Under the pieces are notes generated by a model. That model did not search any database, was not told the DNA's origin, and saw nothing but the letters and a program-made list of their open reading frames with translations. 64,000 bases of DNA from assembly GCA_964019335.1 (NCBI GenBank), contig OZ025712.1:434001-498000 (forward strand). Reading direction: 5' to 3'. Made by a program: the position numbers and the translations under genes. Every line of letters begins with the position of its first letter. Position 1 is the first letter of the stretch. The DNA is from Diplonema japonicum. Its lineage: Eukaryota; Protista; Euglenozoa: Diplonemea. Of the stretch, positions 11,444 through 21,712 are shown piece after piece.

Positions 11444-12855
11444 TAGACAGATGCATGTGAACTAAAAAAGAAAAAAAAAAAAAACCAAAATCCACACTTT
11501 TTTTTTTTGAAAAGAACAAAAGAAGAAGTAAGGGGGTGGAGTCTTTGTAGACCGAGTCGCAAAAGGTGGTGGAAAAAAAAGAAGAGGAAGGTGTTGCCTT
11601 TCCGTAACCCCTCCTTTTTTCGTTTTTTTTTGCGAGGAAGTAAAAAAAAAGGCTTGTAATAAAGGGAATATAAATAGGGCGGGAAGGAAAAAAAAAAGAA
11701 AGAACCCACTTTTCTTTTCTGCTGCCCAGGATATTCCTGCCTGAGAATGTTCCCTTTACTGTTATCCTTTTTTAACCGAGAGGTAAGGGTAGGTAGTGTA
11801 AAAAAAAAGAGAGGTAATTAGAAAAAGAAAAAAAATACCCCCCACCAATCCCACTCGGTCCCTGCCCCTTAAAGGAATTACTTAAATCTACACCCTTTGA
11901 AATGTTTCTTTAACGACATAATTTTTTTTTAAGGTAAAGGAAATAATAAGAATGAAGACATGAACACCCCCCCCCCCCCCCTCCCTTATCTTTATTGTCC
12001 CTTTTGGCTTGATTATCGCAAAAGGGGGGCAAAAGAAAAGGATTCTTTAAATTAGATTTTTTTCTTTTTCTTTTCCCCCCACTATTTAGTTTTTATATTT
12101 TGCCCATCCCTTACTTTCATCCCCGTTCCATTAAACCCCCCCCCCCCTTTCTTATTATTCTTCCTTGCCACCCCTCTCACCTTCTACCCCACTGCCTGTT
12201 CAAAGAAACAGAGAAAGGACCAAAAAAAAGTGTAGAGGACTCTGGGGTGGAGGGACTACGACCTGGAGAAGGTGTTGTGTCATTCTCAAACATTCCTGAC
12301 TGGGTGTCTACATGATGCATAGGAGGGGGGGGGGGGGGGGGGGGGGCACAATGCTGGCAGCAACCTACCCCGCCATTTTCAATAGTTTTATAAATAAATA
12401 AAAGGGTTTTTTTTTAACTTATATTGCTGTGTTGCAATGCTGAGACCGAAGCGGACACAAAAAAAGAAATGCCTGTTGTGCATTGCTTTCAATACGGGGA
12501 AAAAAAAAGGATAGATCCAGCAGAGGAAACAAAGAAAGAGAGGGGGGCAGGGTGGGGATATTGACAGTTCTTTGATTTTTCTTCTTATTTTTTTGATGAC
12601 TTCTTTTTTTTTTTTTACCCCTTATTGTTTTTTTTCTCCTTTGTTTAACCCCCCCCAAAAAAAAGAAACGCACCCTCCTTCTCTTGTCACTGCTCTCAAC
12701 CATCCTCGGCTCAACAGTAAAAGGCTCCTCATTCTCTTGGTCACTGCCCCCCCCCCCACCAAAAGCTTCAACCCTTCTTATTAAAAAGCCCTGTTTTTCT
12801 TATCTTTTCTTTTCTTTTTCTCTTTTTTATTCTTTTCTTCTTCTTATTTATTTTC

Positions 12856-15024
12856 ATGTTTTGCAAAACAGCAAGGACGAAAGCCTTTCAGAGGGTGGGG
12901 TGGGGGATGGCACTTTTGGAAGGACCTTCGAAAGAAGGCGAGCCATGGGCAGAGAAGTTTCGAGATAAGGTGCGCTACGGGGACAGCCGTGAAGTGGGTG
13001 TGGAGGACTGTGTGTGGGAGTGCTTCCAGAGCACAACAGGGTTCAACGTAGGAGATGTGAAGCGTCTTGTGGAGGGAAAGATGTGCAGCAAGCAGGCTGT
13101 GGAGGAGGTCCCCCTGTCATATGGTGTCTTCGACCCGCAGAGGTTACTTGACTTCGCGAAGAGCATCAGCCACGAGACGCCCATGGCCCATGCCATTGCA
13201 GAGCTCAAGCGGCGGATGCACCACCACACTGAACTCTCCATCAGGGGCATAGACCTTGCAAGAATCACGTCAGAAGCCGACCTCGAGGCAGGCGTGCGCT
13301 CCCGTTCCAGCCGTGCTAAGATCACCGACCTCACTACTCAAAAAGAAATTATGAAACTCAAGCAATTCCTCACCACGCATACGGCCACCTCTGACGATAT
13401 CCCCTCTCTCTGGACGGACCCGAGCACCATCAGGGCTCTCCGCAAGGATCTTATTGACTACTCCAACACGCTCAGGAGCTACACCAAACTGCTCGAAGTG
13501 AGGAGCAGCTACCCACACGGCGTTCATGACGACAACGAAAACACGAAGTACAGACTGCTGCGGAGTGAAGAGGCCTCGCAACGGCTAGCCATTTCGCCTG
13601 CTGCCATCGAGTCACGCTTGGAACGGCTGCAGCTCAGCAAGCGGAGGATATCCAAAGTTGTGAACTCCACTGCAAGCAAGTACCCCAACCTCCTCGAGAT
13701 GTCCTTGTCGGGGAATCAGATCAAAGTGCTGGAGAACATGCCGCACAATCTGTCTGTGCTGCACATGTGTGGGAACCAGGTGAACCTCATCCACCCTACC
13801 GGCCTCCCGTCGAATCTCATCCATCTAGGGCTGGCGTACAACAAACTGACCAACGTGAAGGGTCTGCAGGACGCGGGGATCCTCCGCTCGCTTGACATTT
13901 CCCACAACCTCCTTTGCGACATCGATGAGATCCAAAGGCTGCTACACGTCCTCAAGCAGCTGCAAAAGGTCGTGCTGAAGGGCAACCCCTTCACTCTGCT
14001 GCCCTACTACAGACAGATGGTCATCAAGGACAGCTTGCTCGGGCTGAGCGTCCTCGACGACATACCCATCACACCTGAAGAGAGGAACTTTGTAGGAAGG
14101 ATGCAATTCACCGGTGAGGTGTTTGGAGAAGAGAAAAAAGAAGTAGTGGTAAAGGATGGGGCAGAAGTAGGGGAACAGGAGGAACGGAAGGGGGAGGAAG
14201 ACCAAGCAGATCGTGAGGTGGGCAAGGATGCTGAAAAGGAGACCCCTCCGATTCACATACGGATACACATTGAGAAGATAGAAGGACTCATCGAAAAGGA
14301 ACCCGATCAGAAAGAGGAAGCCCCGCCTGTGGCAGCACCTGCGAAAGGTAAAAAAGCACCCGTCCAAGCACAGCAGGTGCAGGAAGAGCCACAAAACCAG
14401 CGGTCTATCTATCTCTACAACAACTGTACATATGGGGGTTTTAAGACTGGGGCGATAGAGGTGAAGGGGACGACAGTCAGCGTCGGGGAGAGAATCGACA
14501 TGAAGGTGGTGTGCGATAAGGACCTGGCGACGTGGCTGCTTAAGGTGCACACCATTGAGGTACATGAGGTAGATGGGGAAACAGATCAATTGCTGGGTGT
14601 TGTAAACACAGAGTTCAGCCAGGCGCTGGTCTCTGCTAAGGCTGCAGATGACTGGTCAGGCCGCACGCAGAGCGTGTTCCAGCAGGAGCTCTCCCTCCAA
14701 CACAACACCCTCCTCTACCACGCAAAATACCTTGAAAAGTGTAAAGCACAAACTCTCATCACGGCAATAGCCGGTGCATGTGCTATCACTGCCATACCAA
14801 CCTCTCTGTCCCCCAAGCGCTCCTCGTCCATTAGGAAGAGCATCACAAACTCGGCCTCCAAACGCCCGTCAGTCCCAACCGCTCCACCCAAAGAGGAACC
14901 CCCCAAGCCCCCCCAGCATGCCGCCTTGCCCACCACCACTGTGTTCCTCCGGGTGGAGGTCAACCCCGAGGACAAGGAAGAGGATTCACCACCACCACCG
15001 ACACCGAAGAAGGGAAAGAAGTGA
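12856..15024 (+). CDS. Leucine-rich-repeat protein (SDS22-like LRRs + LRRcap; LRRC43-like)
   Basis: LxxLxLxxNxI repeats and GNPFTLLPYYRQMVI..L.VLDD cap; start may instead be ATG 12907. Confidence 0.75.
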   Translation: MFCKTARTKAFQRVGWGMALLEGPSKEGEPWAEKFRDKVRYGDSREVGVEDCVWECFQSTTGFNVGDVKRLVEGKMCSKQAVEEVPLSYGVFDPQRLLDFAKSISHETPMAHAIAELKRRMHHHTELSIRGIDLARITSEADLEAGVRSRSSRAKITDLTTQKEIMKLKQFLTTHTATSDDIPSLWTDPSTIRALRKDLIDYSNTLRSYTKLLEVRSSYPHGVHDDNENTKYRLLRSEEASQRLAISPAAIESRLERLQLSKRRISKVVNSTASKYPNLLEMSLSGNQIKVLENMPHNLSVLHMCGNQVNLIHPTGLPSNLIHLGLAYNKLTNVKGLQDAGILRSLDISHNLLCDIDEIQRLLHVLKQLQKVVLKGNPFTLLPYYRQMVIKDSLLGLSVLDDIPITPEERNFVGRMQFTGEVFGEEKKEVVVKDGAEVGEQEERKGEEDQADREVGKDAEKETPPIHIRIHIEKIEGLIEKEPDQKEEAPPVAAPAKGKKAPVQAQQVQEEPQNQRSIYLYNNCTYGGFKTGAIEVKGTTVSVGERIDMKVVCDKDLATWLLKVHTIEVHEVDGETDQLLGVVNTEFSQALVSAKAADDWSGRTQSVFQQELSLQHNTLLYHAKYLEKCKAQTLITAIAGACAITAIPTSLSPKRSSSIRKSITNSASKRPSVPTAPPKEEPPKPPQHAALPTTTVFLRVEVNPEDKEEDSPPPPTPKKGKK

Positions 15025-15133
15025 GAAAACAGAACGACAGTAGTTATACCTTGTATTTATCTAGTACATTTCTCCCCCCCTCTCCCCCCTACTTCATTTT
15101 TACGCCCATCTTTATTCCAAGCACCTCAGTCTT

Positions 15134-16048
15134 ATGTCGTTTCCCTTGGGTGGTGACGCGCTGCTCTTCACGAGCAAGAACAAATGGGAGACGTGTACAA
15201 TCGAGGAGCGCACTGGCAGGAGCACCTACAATGTGACTGTAGATGGATCCAGGGTTGAGGCAAGCCAGAAGGATATGAAGCAAGTGGTGACAAAGACGCT
15301 GCGAAATGACGGAATCCATGCAAGCGATGGGAAGCTGGTGGCACCAGGCACCAAGTATGACGGGTGGCGTGTGTACAGCATGGGGCAGGACAAGGTGGTG
15401 GCGTATCCGAGTGGAGAGGAGGGGGACTTGTACTGGCTGGTGGCGCACCTGCAGGGATTCTACGACACTGTGCAGAGCGAGGAGGATGCGTACCAGGCAG
15501 GCATGCTGTTCGCAGGGCAGCACAGCAACCTGTACAAAGCGTTAAGCACGAAGTACCCCAACAACAAGGAGGCTCTGCAGTGGCTTGACAAGTTCACCAC
15601 GACCTTCCTCGAGGAGGCTATGAGGGGTATCACAAGCATGTACCCCATGTCAAAGATAGAGGCAGCCTGGAAGAAGAACGGAAACATACACACAAGGACA
15701 CGGAATGACATGCACTTCCAGTTCGATGATAATCAAAAACTGCTCTCAGTGTGGACAACTCCCATCTGCTGCTGCTTCTGCTCATGCATGGCAAGGAAGC
15801 GCACGTACCCCTACTCCCAGATCAAGAACCTCTCTCAAAGACACCACAACACCTATGGATGCCTTGCTGAACATAACGGCAGAACGCAGTACTTCTATTA
15901 CATCCAGCTGACCGGCAGCGACGATGTGCTTCTGGACCAGGGCTGCTTCTCGAAGGGTCCACCGATGAACACCTGGCTTAACCAGAGAATAGGGAAATCT
16001 GCAGAGTTGCACACTGAAGGGCCTTACTTGGGTTCTCATCATTATTGA
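15134..16048 (+). CDS. Hypothetical protein (304 aa, CCCFCSC cluster)
   Basis: Long ORF with coding-like composition; ATG 4 nt after a CTCAG acceptor-like site; no family recognised. Confidence 0.7.
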   Translation: MSFPLGGDALLFTSKNKWETCTIEERTGRSTYNVTVDGSRVEASQKDMKQVVTKTLRNDGIHASDGKLVAPGTKYDGWRVYSMGQDKVVAYPSGEEGDLYWLVAHLQGFYDTVQSEEDAYQAGMLFAGQHSNLYKALSTKYPNNKEALQWLDKFTTTFLEEAMRGITSMYPMSKIEAAWKKNGNIHTRTRNDMHFQFDDNQKLLSVWTTPICCCFCSCMARKRTYPYSQIKNLSQRHHNTYGCLAEHNGRTQYFYYIQLTGSDDVLLDQGCFSKGPPMNTWLNQRIGKSAELHTEGPYLGSHHY

Positions 16049-16816
16049 ATTTTCTCTGTGCTTTTTTTCTTTCTTTTTCACAACCCCTCTTTCTTGCTAT
16101 GGGGGGAAAGGGGGAAAAAAAAAGAGAAAAAAAGGGGGGAAACCGATATTTATTCCATCCCCAACGTTGTTTTTCACTAATAAAAAGTGGTTCTTTTATG
16201 ACTTAGGTATTTGTTGTTCGTTTTAAAAAAAAGTTTCAAACTCTTTTATGAACGATAAATATATGGGAAAAAACGGGGGGGGCAAGACATTTATTATCTA
16301 AAACACTGGGACCTCCTTGTTCTCGCGGGCTTTCATTTTTTTAATGAAATACTGGAGCCTCAGCGTGGAAATATAAATGAAAAAAGAAGAAAAAGTCGTC
16401 CAGCGTCAGGTGATTTTCTGGCTGGAAACAAGAAAAAAAAAAGTCCTTAGTTAGTTGTTGGAAATAATATCGGATATCGCCTCCTTTTTTAAATGTGAAT
16501 GTCTCTCTCTCTCTCTCTTTTTTTTCTTTTTTTTTTTCTTTCTTTTTTTTTTCTTTTTTTAATTTTTGCTCGCAAACACTCGAGGAAAGCACGAAAAAAG
16601 ATGCGACCTATAAAAAAAAAAAGAAGAAGAAACACACGCGTCCTCTGCACTCATGCACCTCGATTATATCTTTCTCTAAATTGTAACCGCCAACCAGTTA
16701 CGTGTTTGTCTTTGTCGTTGTGTGGCGGTCTTTCTCATATCACCTCCCCCAGTTCTCCCATACTGTTCTTCCTATTCTCCTTTCTGACTACTGAATGCCA
16801 CTCAGGAAGGGCCAAT

Positions 16817-17051
16817 ATGCGAGCAGTACTAGAAGAGACTATGAACAGCAGCCCCAAAGGGGGGAAGGTATGCTGTGTCTTTTACTCTCTTTTTACGTAA
16901 ATTGCAGAACACTGTTTGTAAATTCCAGTCCATAGTAGTTGGGTGTGGGCTGCTGGTATGCGATGTGCTTGTTCATACTTCATATACTTATACACAACAG
17001 TTGCTGCTGCTCTCGATGATTTACAAAACCATCCAACCGGGTAGGAAATAA
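16817..17051 (+). CDS. Putative spliced single-TM microprotein (~49 aa), absent from the ORF track
   Basis: Exons 16817-16867, 16908-16955 and 17001-17051 joined by two GTATG..CAG introns (40, 45 nt) give MRAVLEETMNSSPKGGKNTVCKFQSIVVGCGLLLLLLSMIYKTIQPGRK*. Further 3' exons are possible. Confidence 0.45.
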
Positions 17052-17334
17052 GTGGGCCGTTTAACTGGTGTACGAGGCCATACCATGCTGAGGCACAGCC
17101 TGCACCCTTGAGTATGGCAGGCCGAAGGTGCAGACAGCTCTGCAAAAAGGATAGGATGTGTTAATGAAAGAGGAAGCCAACGGCGTTCCTGTTGCACTTT
17201 TCATTTCCCCCTCCCCCTGTTCATATTTGTTCTTTCTTCGTTCCTTTTCCCATATGACCTTTCTACACCCTCTGCAGTGCATGGTTGCCTTCGCCACATG
17301 ATACCACTCAGGATGCCGTGCTAGAGACACAGTA

Positions 17335-20300
17335 ATGCCTATAATATGCATCGAGCACAATCGTGAAAGTGCCATCACGGATGCGAGTGACTTCAAGAGT
17401 CTAGAGAACGAAGCGAAGCAGACCTTCGGTGTTGTTGGGGGGCGGTTCTGGGCGGTGGTGGACGGGAAGAAGATCGAAGTGAAGGGTGACGAGGGCCTCT
17501 CCAGGCTGAGCACGTTGGTGGAGGACTGCCGCGTGGCTGTGAGCGACGGGTTCCCAATCGTCTTGGTAGAGGGGCGCTCCAGCAGAGCCTCAACGGGCTC
17601 CGTCAGCAAACAAATGATGAGCACCCCAGACCCCCCCGCACGCAGCAGAGAGAACATTGTGTCTAGCCATGTGGCACCCCCAACGATGACAACGGCGGAG
17701 GATGTCGTGCAGCCCCAATCCTCACAGCCACGCACCATCACATCCATCACCCTCAAGATCCTCTCTGCACAGGGACTCCCCGACAAGGATGGCATCGGGC
17801 TCTCCGACCCCTTCTGCATTATCGACTTCCCCTCGCAGCCACAGCAGAAAACGCCCGTCATCGACGGGAACCTGAACCCCGTGTGGGACTACACAGCAAC
17901 ATACAACATGCCAGCAGGCACCACTGCAGCATCTCCAATCACAGTAAAGCTGACAGTGAAAGATGACGATACCGTCGGCAGCGACCTGCTTGGCATCACT
18001 GATATAGTGCTGACGGATGCGCTGTTTCAAGAAAGCAGTACGAATGCAAAACAAATAACTCAAGGACTGAAGGATAACAAAGGCAAGTCGACAGGGAGCA
18101 TCATGGTTGAGGTAAAGACGGTGTTGGCACCTTTGCCCAAAGCACCTGTCAAGCAAGCTGTTCCGCAGCATACAGAGCCTGCTACGCCAGTTCCGACTGC
18201 GGCCCCCGCGGCACCATCTACGGGTGCGAGCGCAGCTCCCGCAAACCCTTCAGCTCCTTCGGGAGCTCCTGCACAGGCAGCCACACCTCCCGCAGTAATC
18301 GACTCTATCGACTTCTGCGTCCTCTCTGCCCAAGGGCTGCTCGACAGGGACGGCATAGGGCTCTCCGACCCATACTGCATCATTGACTTCCCCTCGCAGC
18401 CTCAGCAGCAGACGCCTGTCATCGACGGGAACCTGAACCCCGTGTGGGACTACACAGCAACATACGACGTCAAGAGCCTGCTGCAAGGAGGTAGTAAAAA
18501 ACCTATAGTGGTGAAGCTGACTGTCAATGACTCTGATCCTGTAGGGAGCGACCTTCTAGGTGTGTGCGAGGTCTTGCTAACACCGACTCTGTTGCAGTCT
18601 GCTGTGGGGAAACAGAAGAAGATATCGATCCAGCTGAAAGACGAAGAAGGGCGGATAGGCAAGGCTGGTGTGATACAAGTGGGTGTGGAATGTCTCCAAG
18701 CGGTACCTGAAAAACCTGCAGCAGCAGCTAAAGCGAAGCCACCAGTGGACTTCAAATGCCCTGAAATCATGGAAGTGACGATCGCCAAAGCCATCGACCT
18801 TGTAGACGCTGACAGCATAGGGACCAGCGACCCTTTCGTGACTGTGGAGATGGACGGGCACCCCATGCACACCACAGCTGTCGTCGATAACACGCTTCGC
18901 CCTGTGTGGGATCACAAGCTTGCTTACGAGCTGAAGGGCAACGTGAACCCCCTACTGAAGCTCACTGTTTACGACTCCGACCCAATTGGGAAGGACTTCT
19001 TAGGCTATGCTGAGGTACAGCTTACACCGGACATACTGCATAAGTCTCTTGATGCACCTCAGAAGGTCACATCCTTCCTCATAGGGCGACCGGGCAATGC
19101 AGAGGATGCGAAGTGGATTGAACAGAATGGCGGGAAGCACCATCAGGGGAAGATCTACGTAACTGCGACATGCATGCGGAGCCTACCCACTTCAGAGAAG
19201 ATCGCAGCAGTGAAGAAGAAGGATGTTGGACCCCTTCCCGACGTGCTGAACCTCGTAGTTATCAAGGCGTCCGGCCTCAAAGACATGGACACTTTGGGGG
19301 GCAGCGATCCCTACGCTGTGGTGGCTTGCAATGGCTTCGATCCGCAGCAGACCACTGTTATTGACGGTACCTCGGACCCTGTCTGGAACCAGCACATGGT
19401 GTACAACCTCAGCGAAGGTCGCACGCAGTACGACTTCGGTGTGACACTGTATGACTCGGACCCTGTGGGGAAGGACCTTCTCGGGGTAGTGCAGCTTAAG
19501 GTTGGTGAATCGCTGCTTTACAGCACGTTAGGAAAGTCCTCGCAGTACGTGCTGCCCGTCAAGAACGAGGACGGCAGCGACGGAGAAGGGAAGCTGTTCG
19601 TCAGCATTAGCACAATGAGAAGCGCATCAGGGAAGGCAGACACAGGCCCCGTGAAGGGCCCGTGCCCAGACGTGATGGAGGTGGTCATCAAGAACGCCGT
19701 TGGCCTCGTGGATCGTGACTCGTTTGGGGAGAGCGACCCTTTCGTGAGGATCGAGCTGCCTGGTCATCCTAACCACCAGACACCGGTCATCGACGGGACA
19801 CTGACACCCACTTGGGGTCACAAGGTAATGTACCAGCTAAAGGGAAAAGACGAGCACAAGCTGAAGCTTACTGTCCTTGACTCCGACCCTGTAGGTGAGG
19901 ATTTTCTGGGTTTTTGCGAGTTCCAGGTTACGCCACAAATCCTGCGCAGGGCCCTGAAGAGCGAGCAGAGCATGGTAGGGAAGCTGACTGTGAGGCCCTC
20001 GAATGCAGATGACAAGAAATGGGCTGACAAACTGAAAAACCCAAAAGAGCTAGGGAGAATCTTTATCGGGTTGAATGCGATACCCAAAGCACCCAGCTTG
20101 AAGACGGGCAAGCCCAAGTGGTTATATGTGAATATCATAAAGGCAACGGGTCTTGCGGACCGGGACATGGTGGGAGGCTCCTCTGATCCACTCGTTGTGT
20201 TGGATGTTGAGGGCCAAACACCGCAGCAAACTGAGGTAGCTTCTGGGGAGGCCCCGGAGTGGAACCAGGAGCTTGCCGTAGAGATACAGCAGGGCGACAC

Positions 20301-21225
20301 ACTGCACTTCACAGTGTTCGATGACGACGTGACAGGTAAGGACTTCCTGGGATACGCCAGTGTGCAGGTCGTGGCAGATCACTTTTCTTCAGAGAACACG
20401 AAATTGTCGTGCGACCTGCAACCGCGGGCGGGGAACAAATCAGATGCAAAGTTTGCAAAGAAGCAAAATGGCAGGCTAGGGAGACTATTCGTCGAGCTGA
20501 GCCCGGGCATGGCGCAGAAGCGAGTCATCGTCGAAGAGAAGACAAAGCCGAAGCCCGTGCCCGAGCCCATCAAGCCCAAACCGCAGCCGGTAGCAAGGCC
20601 AGAGCCCAAACCAGCCCCAAAGCCGAAGCCAGAGCCCAAACCGGTCCCAAAGCCGAAGCCGAAGCCGACACCCGCACCGCCAGCACCTGCACCCGTACCT
20701 GTGCCGGTGCCCAACCCTGTCCCCGTTCCCCAGAACGGGAAGCTTGACGATGACGACGAGTTCCCTCTGAATGACGCTGCTGAGGCGGAAGCACTGAAGG
20801 AGCTGCTAAGTATCAGCCCTGTGACACGGAGTAAGGCAGCGCTTTATGTTGGTAAAGAGTGGAAGAACTGGTCGTGGCAACAGCGCATAACAGTAGCAAG
20901 ACAGGTGGCCGCTGGTGCCACCATCGATCATACAAGCATGCATGCATCTCCCTCTGCTGTGCTGAAGCCTTCAGATGAAGAGCGAGTACTGCAGAAGAAA
21001 TTCGACAGATTGTGGGGAGCAGGCACAGTACCACGACCACCGAGCCCTACACGGATCGATAAAATTGTGGAAGAGAGAAGAACCCAAGCACTGCGGGACT
21101 TAGAGGAAGAAAGGGCACGGAGAGAACTGCTTGAGGTGTGCAAGAATACACACAACAACACAACACAGGTGACAACGCGCAAGACGAATGGGCCGCAAGT
21201 ACCAAAACGCAAGACAGCATGGTGA
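17335..21225 (+). CDS. Protein with six tandem C2 domains and a Pro/Lys-rich linker
   Basis: Six repeats of (A.GL.D.D..G.SDP[FY]..T.VI..L.PVW..V.D.D.VG.D.LG) with Ca-binding Asp residues retained; probable in-frame 33-nt intron 21136-21168. Confidence 0.9.
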   Translation: MPIICIEHNRESAITDASDFKSLENEAKQTFGVVGGRFWAVVDGKKIEVKGDEGLSRLSTLVEDCRVAVSDGFPIVLVEGRSSRASTGSVSKQMMSTPDPPARSRENIVSSHVAPPTMTTAEDVVQPQSSQPRTITSITLKILSAQGLPDKDGIGLSDPFCIIDFPSQPQQKTPVIDGNLNPVWDYTATYNMPAGTTAASPITVKLTVKDDDTVGSDLLGITDIVLTDALFQESSTNAKQITQGLKDNKGKSTGSIMVEVKTVLAPLPKAPVKQAVPQHTEPATPVPTAAPAAPSTGASAAPANPSAPSGAPAQAATPPAVIDSIDFCVLSAQGLLDRDGIGLSDPYCIIDFPSQPQQQTPVIDGNLNPVWDYTATYDVKSLLQGGSKKPIVVKLTVNDSDPVGSDLLGVCEVLLTPTLLQSAVGKQKKISIQLKDEEGRIGKAGVIQVGVECLQAVPEKPAAAAKAKPPVDFKCPEIMEVTIAKAIDLVDADSIGTSDPFVTVEMDGHPMHTTAVVDNTLRPVWDHKLAYELKGNVNPLLKLTVYDSDPIGKDFLGYAEVQLTPDILHKSLDAPQKVTSFLIGRPGNAEDAKWIEQNGGKHHQGKIYVTATCMRSLPTSEKIAAVKKKDVGPLPDVLNLVVIKASGLKDMDTLGGSDPYAVVACNGFDPQQTTVIDGTSDPVWNQHMVYNLSEGRTQYDFGVTLYDSDPVGKDLLGVVQLKVGESLLYSTLGKSSQYVLPVKNEDGSDGEGKLFVSISTMRSASGKADTGPVKGPCPDVMEVVIKNAVGLVDRDSFGESDPFVRIELPGHPNHQTPVIDGTLTPTWGHKVMYQLKGKDEHKLKLTVLDSDPVGEDFLGFCEFQVTPQILRRALKSEQSMVGKLTVRPSNADDKKWADKLKNPKELGRIFIGLNAIPKAPSLKTGKPKWLYVNIIKATGLADRDMVGGSSDPLVVLDVEGQTPQQTEVASGEAPEWNQELAVEIQQGDTLHFTVFDDDVTGKDFLGYASVQVVADHFSSENTKLSCDLQPRAGNKSDAKFAKKQNGRLGRLFVELSPGMAQKRVIVEEKTKPKPVPEPIKPKPQPVARPEPKPAPKPKPEPKPVPKPKPKPTPAPPAPAPVPVPVPNPVPVPQNGKLDDDDEFPLNDAAEAEALKELLSISPVTRSKAALYVGKEWKNWSWQQRITVARQVAAGATIDHTSMHASPSAVLKPSDEERVLQKKFDRLWGAGTVPRPPSPTRIDKIVEERRTQALRDLEEERARRELLEVCKNTHNNTTQVTTRKTNGPQVPKRKTAW

Positions 21226-21334
21226 TTTTATTTGTTTATGTCTAGTTAGTAAATTTGTACGATTGCGTACTTTGTAATATTTATTTTACCGTTGCCCGCA
21301 TGGTGGCTGCTACTGTTTTAGGGAACATAGTAAG

Positions 21335-21598
21335 ATGGTCCGGATTGCGCCAAAGGCACCACCCAAAAGGGGTTTGGTGATGGGGACGCTGTGGTTTTTG
21401 CTGAAGATGGTGGCGCTCTTTGTACTTCTCGCTTTCGTCATTTCGTTCGTGAAGGTTGGCTTCTGTTCCATGTATGTTGCCTATTTTTCTTTTCACGTTG
21501 TATGACACCACAGAACCGCCGCCGAGACATCGCTGTTCCCCGATCCCAGCAAGGAAGAGTCGCCGTACCAGGTCTTCGTCGACTGTGTCATGAACTAG
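21335..21598 (+). CDS. Putative spliced small membrane protein (73 aa), absent from the ORF track
   Basis: Exons 21335-21471 and 21514-21598 with a 42-nt GTATG..CACAG intron that contains an in-frame stop. Product: MVRIAPKAPPKRGLVMGTLWFLLKMVALFVLLAFVISFVKVGFCSITAAETSLFPDPSKEESPYQVFVDCVMN*. Confidence 0.6.
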
Positions 21599-21712
21599 GG
21601 GTTAAGGCCAGCAGTTAGTGTAATGAGACCTCTAGCCCCCCTTATGAGAAGGGATGTTACAGTGTTTGTGCTCGTGCATCACACAGCCACACAGCACTCA
21701 GGAGGGGTCGAT

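Noticed and set aside
11431-12850. Poly-Lys/Phe/Pro ORFs here and at 49-417, 16341-16700, 33000-34280 and 37377-38900
   Set aside because: Translations of A/T/C/G homopolymer tracts in UTR/intergenic DNA.
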